UHGV virus genome: UHGV-0295649
Length of the DNA: 38,374 bases
Reading direction: 5' to 3' (one strand)
Source: a virus
Shown here in pieces: positions 33,188 to 38,374 of this stretch. Made by a program: the position numbers and the translations under genes. The notes under the pieces were generated by a model, which had not been told where the DNA came from, searched no databases, and saw nothing but the letters and a program-made list of their open reading frames with translations. Numbering within the stretch: the stretch's first letter is position 1; each line of letters starts with the position of its first letter.

Positions 33188-33943
33188 CTAACCAATTTCC
33201 TCTAAATCCATTTGAGGGTAATAGCCCTCTGCGATTAATAAGTTGTAAATAAACACTCGCCCTTTCTGTGTCCATTTGGTATTCATTACAACTTTAGTGC
33301 CGCCATCGGCTTTCGGTATCTCACTTGTGTGCGATTTTGTGTATCCTTGGTTCATATGTTTTCGGTAAAGTATCCATTGTCCGCTAACTTTATGCTGAAC
33401 ACCTAACTCGTTTAGCAATTTGTTTAGAGCAATTGCCGACATTCCGTAATCAGCTGCAATTTGAGAAGTAGCTACCGTATCTGTCGATGAAAGAATCGTA
33501 TCTAAGTAGCTAATCTTTGGTTCGTACTCGGCAATTTGTTGTTCGAGTAATTGGTTCTTTTCTTCTAAATCCGCTGCTAAACGCAATGCTTGTGCAAAAC
33601 TTTGAGGTACGTTTGAATAGCTACCTGTTTTTCTAATTGTTGGAAGGACTTCACTCGTTACCCAACGTTTAAATTTTTTGGCAGAGGGAAGTTTTGATTT
33701 TAAGATTAAACTGTAAAGGCCTGACTCGTTAATCAAAACAACTGCTGTTCCATTGACGGTGAACGAATCGTTCTGCGTCTTATCCTCCAAGTCCACATGA
33801 TCTCGAATAGCTTTTTGCGGATTCGAATATCCTAGAACGTCTGCTACATCTTTTCCTACAAAATATGGTTCATCATTTACTAAAATAGTTCGAACTTCGT
33901 TTTGCTCGAAATTAAAAATTTGTGGTGTATTCATATTTCTCAT
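33188..33943 (-). CDS. Bro-N / KilA-C type phage antirepressor
   Basis: N-terminus ...QIFNFEQNEVRTILVNDEPYFVGKDVADVLGYSNPQKAIRDHVD matches the Bro-N domain pattern. Confidence 0.7.
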   Translation of the reverse strand: MRNMNTPQIFNFEQNEVRTILVNDEPYFVGKDVADVLGYSNPQKAIRDHVDLEDKTQNDSFTVNGTAVVLINESGLYSLILKSKLPSAKKFKRWVTSEVLPTIRKTGSYSNVPQSFAQALRLAADLEEKNQLLEQQIAEYEPKISYLDTILSSTDTVATSQIAADYGMSAIALNKLLNELGVQHKVSGQWILYRKHMNQGYTKSHTSEIPKADGGTKVVMNTKWTQKGRVFIYNLLIAEGYYPQMDLEEIG

Positions 33944-33952
33944 TCCTTTCTT

Positions 33953-33963
33953 TGGTATAATTT
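33953..33963 (+). promoter_or_regulatory. extended -10 promoter TGGTATAAT for the plus-strand 102-aa gene
   Basis: CTTTGGTATAATTT, near-identical to the motif at 31729. Confidence 0.5.
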
Positions 33964-34011
33964 CCTTATCAGTGTGACAGGCTGAAATAATTGTTAAGGA
34001 GGTGAAAATTT

Positions 34012-34320
34012 ATGAAACCAGAATTTGTAATTACTATGCTTGATGGAGAAAAAATCAAAATATTTGCCGATACTTTGGTCGTTGGATACGATGATGCGTC
34101 AAATATCGAAGAAAAAGATGGAATGTTCTATTCTTCTCAAATTTACGTGAATACCTTGCAAGGTGATATTGGGGTATCTACTCTTGCAACATCAAGACCG
34201 CTTGTAGGTCTTATCGGCTTTTTGTCAAAAGCAACATTCTTTTCTCTCGGCGATGATATAGATTCGGATGAAACTGTCATCTATAAAACATCAGCTGTTA
34301 AAAGTATCGGTTTCAAATAG
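34012..34320 (+). CDS. opposite-strand hypothetical protein (102 aa), moron
   Basis: Strong RBS AAGGAGGTGAAAAtttATG. Own promoter. Convergent with 34291-34548. Confidence 0.55.
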   Translation: MKPEFVITMLDGEKIKIFADTLVVGYDDASNIEEKDGMFYSSQIYVNTLQGDIGVSTLATSRPLVGLIGFLSKATFFSLGDDIDSDETVIYKTSAVKSIGFK

Positions 34321-34548
34321 TAATTCTTGCTCGTTGATAGCGGAAGCCAACTTTTCTTCCAACACATCGGCGAGCTTTCTTTTTGTTGGATTCATTTCAA
34401 AGTTGATAGTCTTGAGAAGCATTTTTGCATCCTTAACTTTTTGTCCTTGCAATTCCTTGATGATTTTATCGGCTTGGCTATCAATTCCATGTGTTAGATC
34501 ATCTATCATTTTTTGTACCTTGATTGTTTGGCTCATTTCCTTGTTCAT
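34291..34548 (-). CDS. hypothetical early protein
   Basis: 85 aa. RBS AAAGGAGG. Confidence 0.5.
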   Translation of the reverse strand: MNKEMSQTIKVQKMIDDLTHGIDSQADKIIKELQGQKVKDAKMLLKTINFEMNPTKRKLADVLEEKLASAINEQELLFETDTFNS

Positions 34549-34847
34549 TGTTTAGCCTCCTTTAATAAATGATTTTTTGTATTTTTTAATTTCCATAAAT
34601 TCCTCAAATTGCTCTTTGGTATTATTACCACGACCATACATATTGTGAAATTCTTTATGGCAACTGACACAAAGTGTAACGCCGTTTGAAATCGCTGCGG
34701 ATTTAGTTGTTGCATGGCTAAATCACGAATCACAAGTATCTACTAAAGGCGAATCAATTTCGCCAAAAGAAATTGTTCAAGCTTATTTAGATATTCATTA
34801 TGCTGTTATCTATGGTCAGCTTCCAGAAGACCGTAAAAACGATGACT

Positions 34848-34987
34848 AAACGTGAGCTAAAATCTCTGCTATGGCTGCAACCATGGCAGAGTCTTCTTTA
34901 TCTACCGCGTGTTCCATCGCCACTTTTGCTTGTTTCAGTATGTCTAATTTCAAATCTTCGATTTTTGCCGAGACTGTTTTTTCCATA
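34848..34987 (-). CDS. first small gene of the early (lytic-direction) operon (46 aa; not in the ORF track)
   Basis: MEKTVSAKIEDLKLDILKQAKVAMEHAVDKEDSAMVAAIAEILAHV. Strong RBS AAAGGAGAG. Divergent from the repressor gene. Confidence 0.45.
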
Positions 34988-35045
34988 TTCTTCTCTCCTT
35001 TCTTTTATATTCGTAAACAAATTTAACAACTTTTTAAAAAACTGC

Positions 35046-35238
35046 GTTGACTAAATTAACATACAGTGTTAAAATCAGAACATAGTTAAATAAGACATAT
35101 AAACATTGATTTTAAAAGCTTTCTTGGCGGTTGGCATTTATTAATCAATAGTGTTTTTTGTTGTCTTTTTAGTTGTTAAACTTGTTTACAAGAATGATAT
35201 TAACACCTTTTGTTAAAATAGTCAACGAATTTTAACAA
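35046..35238. promoter_or_regulatory. genetic-switch intergenic region: plus-strand promoter TTGACT-17-TAAAAT and three operator-like repeats sharing a TGTTAA(AAT) half-site
   Basis: ATTAACA-N5-TGTTAAAAT at 35054-35074 and 35199-35219. Palindrome TTGTTAAAA-N11-TTTTAACAA at 35210-35238. Confidence 0.55.
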
Positions 35239-35279
35239 ATAAAGTTAAATATTTTTTCTTGAACGAAAGGAATATTGAT

Positions 35280-35600
35280 ATGATAACGTTTGAGAGAATA
35301 AAAGAGTTAGCGAAAAAACAGGGAAAATCATTAAATAAAGTTGAAGAAGACCTAGGCTATGGTAAAAACGTCTTATATAGACTTAAGAACTCAAACCCCT
35401 CTACAGAACGTTTGCAAGAAATTGCTGACTATTTCGATGTCTCTGTAGACTATCTTCTGGGGCGCGAAGAAAAAGAAACCCCTAAACATGTGGATTTATC
35501 AGAAAACGATACTGTTTTTTCTTTTGATGGAAAAGAAATATCTAAGGAGACAATGCGTAAAGCGATTGCAATTGCTAAAGCTTTAGAGGAAAATGAATAG
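35280..35600 (+). CDS. XRE-family (cI-like) repressor
   Basis: MITFERIKELAKKQGKSLNKVEEDLGYGKNVLYRLKN is an HTH_XRE. Divergent from the early operon and followed by ImmA. Confidence 0.8.
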   Translation: MITFERIKELAKKQGKSLNKVEEDLGYGKNVLYRLKNSNPSTERLQEIADYFDVSVDYLLGREEKETPKHVDLSENDTVFSFDGKEISKETMRKAIAIAKALEENE

Positions 35601-35605
35601 TTGGA

Positions 35606-36040
35606 GTGATGGGTTGTATGTATTTAAAGTTGAAAGAAATGCTGAGTGAGTATAATTTAAAGTTAATCTATATGGAAATGGAAGAACCAGGTTTTTATTA
35701 TCCAAAACCAAGAATAGTATTTTTAAACGAAAAACTACACGAAGATAGTTCTGAAGCTTTTCATTTAGCCCACGAGCTCGGTCATTTCATTGCTTCACAT
35801 TTTGAATATTCAGTACTGTACGATAACTCTACAACTTTTCATTCAAAATTCGAAACTGAAGCTGATAAAATTGCAATTATGATTTTACTAAATATCTTTA
35901 TTGAGAATGAACTGACTGATGAATCTCAGTTCAAATTGGAAAATTTTATGGAATTCTATACTATCAATAATAAGTTAAGAACAGAATGTTTTAATGTTTG
36001 CCAGTCATATTTCAAGAAAAAATACTCTTATGCACAGTAA
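35606..36040 (+). CDS. ImmA/IrrE-family metallopeptidase (repressor-cleaving antirepressor protease)
   Basis: HELGHFIASHFE carries the HEXXH zinc-binding motif. Small size and position right after the XRE repressor. Confidence 0.75.
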   Translation: MMGCMYLKLKEMLSEYNLKLIYMEMEEPGFYYPKPRIVFLNEKLHEDSSEAFHLAHELGHFIASHFEYSVLYDNSTTFHSKFETEADKIAIMILLNIFIENELTDESQFKLENFMEFYTINNKLRTECFNVCQSYFKKKYSYAQ

Positions 36041-36124
36041 AAAAAGCCCGTGCTGCAACACGGACTCATACCTCAATTACGAGAATACGTTTATATTATA
36101 ACAAGAAATGAGGAGTGAGTAAAA

Positions 36125-36613
36125 ATGAAAAAGAAATTTATCCCTTTAGTTATTCTTGCTGCTTTGTCATTAGCCGCGTGTGGTAGCTCGGATAATTCTT
36201 CAAGTGCAAATAGTAGTTCAAAAACTTCAAAGTCTACTACTGTTAGTTCTGCAGAATCAAAAAAAGATTTACCTTCAGAAGATCAAGGAACTGGAACAAT
36301 GTACTTATCTGGTCCTGGAGGAACAACAGAAAACGGAGAAACTCTTACTATTTTTGATGATGGAGATACACAAGCAATGCAGATTGGCATGGATGTTAGC
36401 GAGTTAGATGTAAACAAATTATCCTATATTTATATTGATGGAACACTCTCTTCTAAAGATCAACTGTCAACTGGACAATCTACTTTAGGTCTAACAAAAG
36501 AAAATTTGACTCCAGGAAGACATACTGTAAATCTTGTTCAATACGATAATAATAGTGAAGATGGATCTATTGTTATAAATAAAGTAGCTAACTATGAAGT
36601 TACTAAAAAATAA
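36125..36613 (+). CDS. prophage lipoprotein (candidate superinfection-exclusion/moron)
   Basis: Signal peptide with lipobox LAAC, then a Ser-rich linker. Located in the lysogeny module. Confidence 0.65.
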   Translation: MKKKFIPLVILAALSLAACGSSDNSSSANSSSKTSKSTTVSSAESKKDLPSEDQGTGTMYLSGPGGTTENGETLTIFDDGDTQAMQIGMDVSELDVNKLSYIYIDGTLSSKDQLSTGQSTLGLTKENLTPGRHTVNLVQYDNNSEDGSIVINKVANYEVTKK

Positions 36614-36636
36614 ATATTAAATATTGGAGAATTATT

Positions 36637-36927
36637 ATGGCAAAAGCATCTAAAACTCAACAAGCATTAATAGAAAATGTTCTAGACTATGCTTCAAGTT
36701 TCAAAAGAGGTAACGTACAATCTGTATCATTCAATATCCAAAGAAAAATTAGCAGCAGTGCAGTTTCTTCTATGGACGATAAACTAAATGATACTTTAAA
36801 TACTATTTTACATGGATTACAAGAAATGGATTATGAAATCATAGATATAGCAGTTAATTCGATGCAAGTTAAAAATCCATTGAGTGGCATGTCCTTAAAC
36901 TTTAATTATACTATTTTGATCAAATAA
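36637..36927 (+). CDS. hypothetical protein
   Basis: 96 aa. RBS TGGAGA. Follows the lipoprotein gene after 24 nt. Confidence 0.5.
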   Translation: MAKASKTQQALIENVLDYASSFKRGNVQSVSFNIQRKISSSAVSSMDDKLNDTLNTILHGLQEMDYEIIDIAVNSMQVKNPLSGMSLNFNYTILIK

Positions 36928-36975
36928 TAAAAACACGCCCACCGTCCAAAGCAAGCGTGTTCTAAGAAAAACAAA

Positions 36976-38374
36976 GGCTCTTTGTCAATAAGGACTGATG
37001 AGTTGTGCAAAATCAAATCTGAGTCAGAATGAACCACATTCTGGCTCAGATTTTTTGTTATCTTACATTGATTAATTGATTGATCAAAAAGATTCTAATT
37101 CTCATGTTCTCAAATGATTTAAATCCGTAGGATACTCGTTTCATTGTCTTTATGTGGGTATTCTTCGCTTCTATTTTTCCATTGGAATAAGGATAGATCA
37201 TTGCGTTGGTGATGCCTTCTTCATAGGTCAGAAGGTTTTGAAGCTTTTCCCGAAAGCTGTCATCTAACGTTTCGGGAAGTTCTGCCAATAAGGAGAAAAA
37301 TAAGTCAGGGTCTTTGTCTCGAAAGGCTTCAACTAATTCATGAAAAAAGGGATACGCCTCCTTTAGGGGCGGAGAAAACTCAAGCAATCGATCAATCATC
37401 ATTGCTTCAGTAAGAAATGGGTATTTTGGTGCTCGGAAACTTTTCCATGTTTTGTATTCATAATGGTTGATGTTTGCACGATTTTTTAGCAAAAAGCGCC
37501 AGTTCTTTTTCAGTTTTTCTGCCTGGCTTTTCTGTCCGGCTTTACGAAGTTCATTCATTTCACGGATACGCAACTCATTGAACGCTTGATTCATGTGTTT
37601 GACAATATGAAACCGATCAATCACGACTTTCGCATTTGGCAGAACACGTTTGGTGAGCTGGAAGTAGGCGGCGTTCATGTCTGTCACCAAGAATTCTACT
37701 TCTTCTGGATTGGTACAACCTAAGAAATAGCTTGTTAATCGAGGTAATTTACGCGTAGGCAAAACATCTATTAATTTTCCTGTTTCGCCATCCGCGCAAA
37801 TAAAGCTCATCTTATCTTCTATGGAAGCATGCGAACGAAATTCGTCAACCATCAATACTCTGGGGAGGATCTTCTTAGATTGCTTTGGTAAATAGCTTTT
37901 AAACTCTTTCAATGTACGAATAACGGTGGTCAAAGATACCTGACAGCTTTTCGCAATAAAAGATAAAGATACTTTTTCAGTCAGTAAAGAAGCAATTTTA
38001 TATCTAACATGATTTGCGATTGAATGTCTGGGTTGGACAAAATAACTTTGAGCCGTCCAATGGGTGCGACAGTTTTTACAGGTATAGCGTTGCTTTTTTA
38101 GGCGCATAACCAAAGGCATATGATTGTATTGTTCAAAACGGACAATCGTTTCCTTTTTTCCATTTTTCACTATAATTGCTTTCCCGTTTCCATCTACCAC
38201 AGTAGAACCACAACTTCTACAAGCACGAGGAGTAGGCGAGAGAACAGCATCGACGACCAACGTCTTTTTCTTCTGAAGGGTCTCGTAAGAGACCTCTGTA
38301 ATCATCAAATCTTTCTCTGTTATTCTCAGCATTTTTTTGATAGAATCATTCATATAGCGTATCGTCCTCTCAGT
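36976..38374 (-). mobile_element. ISL3-family insertion sequence, truncated by the window edge
   Basis: Terminal inverted repeat beginning GGCTCTTTGTCAATAAGG...GTGCAAAAT at 36976. Internal 15-bp hairpin at 37017-37051. The other IR is beyond the window. Confidence 0.75.
37058..38353 (-). CDS. ISL3-family transposase
   Basis: 431 aa. N-terminal Zn-ribbon CRSCGS...CKNCRTHW. Typical ISL3 DDE transposase sequence. Confidence 0.85.
   Translation of the reverse strand: MNDSIKKMLRITEKDLMITEVSYETLQKKKTLVVDAVLSPTPRACRSCGSTVVDGNGKAIIVKNGKKETIVRFEQYNHMPLVMRLKKQRYTCKNCRTHWTAQSYFVQPRHSIANHVRYKIASLLTEKVSLSFIAKSCQVSLTTVIRTLKEFKSYLPKQSKKILPRVLMVDEFRSHASIEDKMSFICADGETGKLIDVLPTRKLPRLTSYFLGCTNPEEVEFLVTDMNAAYFQLTKRVLPNAKVVIDRFHIVKHMNQAFNELRIREMNELRKAGQKSQAEKLKKNWRFLLKNRANINHYEYKTWKSFRAPKYPFLTEAMMIDRLLEFSPPLKEAYPFFHELVEAFRDKDPDLFFSLLAELPETLDDSFREKLQNLLTYEEGITNAMIYPYSNGKIEAKNTHIKTMKRVSYGFKSFENMRIRIFLINQLINVR

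Noticed and set aside
34268-34555. Plus-strand ORF 34268-34555 and other antisense plus-strand ORFs (4445-4645, 4707-4919, 7948-8190, 26858-27253, 28657-28935)
   Set aside because: These are shadow ORFs antisense to well-supported minus-strand genes. They have hydrophobic low-complexity translations and lack an SD.
34545-34733. 62-aa tracked ORF as a real Cro-like gene
   Set aside because: The translation is low-complexity hydrophobic with no HTH. An alternative frame looks more protein-like but lacks a start. Treated as a possible pseudogene instead.
1-38374. CRISPR arrays
   Set aside because: No series of regularly spaced direct repeats of 25-40 bp is visible anywhere in the window. The Cas2-like gene at 23828 is solitary.

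Overview
This AT-rich window from a low-GC Firmicutes genome (Lactobacillales/Enterococcus-like) is dominated by one temperate siphovirus prophage of about 34 kb. It lies in reverse orientation, with nearly all genes on the minus strand. Reading left to right, the PBSX-like lysis cassette (signal-peptide amidase endolysin, holin, XhlA, XkdX) is at 2.7-4.8 kb. The tail module, with a 1106-aa tape measure and a G/GT chaperone pair carrying a -1 frameshift, spans 5-15 kb. Head-tail joining genes, HK97-type capsid, ClpP protease, portal, TerL/TerS and an HNH endonuclease span 15-23 kb. ArpU late regulator, YopX, a paralogous pair, an iteron-bearing replisome organizer, an SSAP, two antirepressors (Rha, Bro-N) and small HTH proteins span 24.5-34.5 kb. 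A divergent genetic switch with an XRE repressor, an ImmA metalloprotease and a lipoprotein cassette lies at 35-37 kb. The right edge is a truncated ISL3-family IS sitting where a prophage integrase would be expected. The left edge has a tyrosine integrase transcribed toward a minus-strand tRNA(CAU) that has its own promoter and terminator, plus TTTGGCACA direct repeats. This suggests a second integrative element or an unusual junction. Non-canonical content worth a second look: (1) the major capsid protein ends in a poly-Thr tail (TTTTTTKPTTTTTTT) and is immediately followed by an inserted Cys/Trp-rich DXD-motif protein, a candidate virion O-glycosylation system. (2) A GC-rich intermodule segment holds two tandem tRNA-like structured RNAs with covarying T-stems. 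(3) Several opposite-strand moron units with their own promoters include a Cas2/VapD-like small protein convergent with a regulated micro-ORF, and a membrane protein convergent with two coupled TM peptides. (4) There is a candidate cos site and a terminator abutting the first late gene. Family assignments come from motif recall, not database searches.
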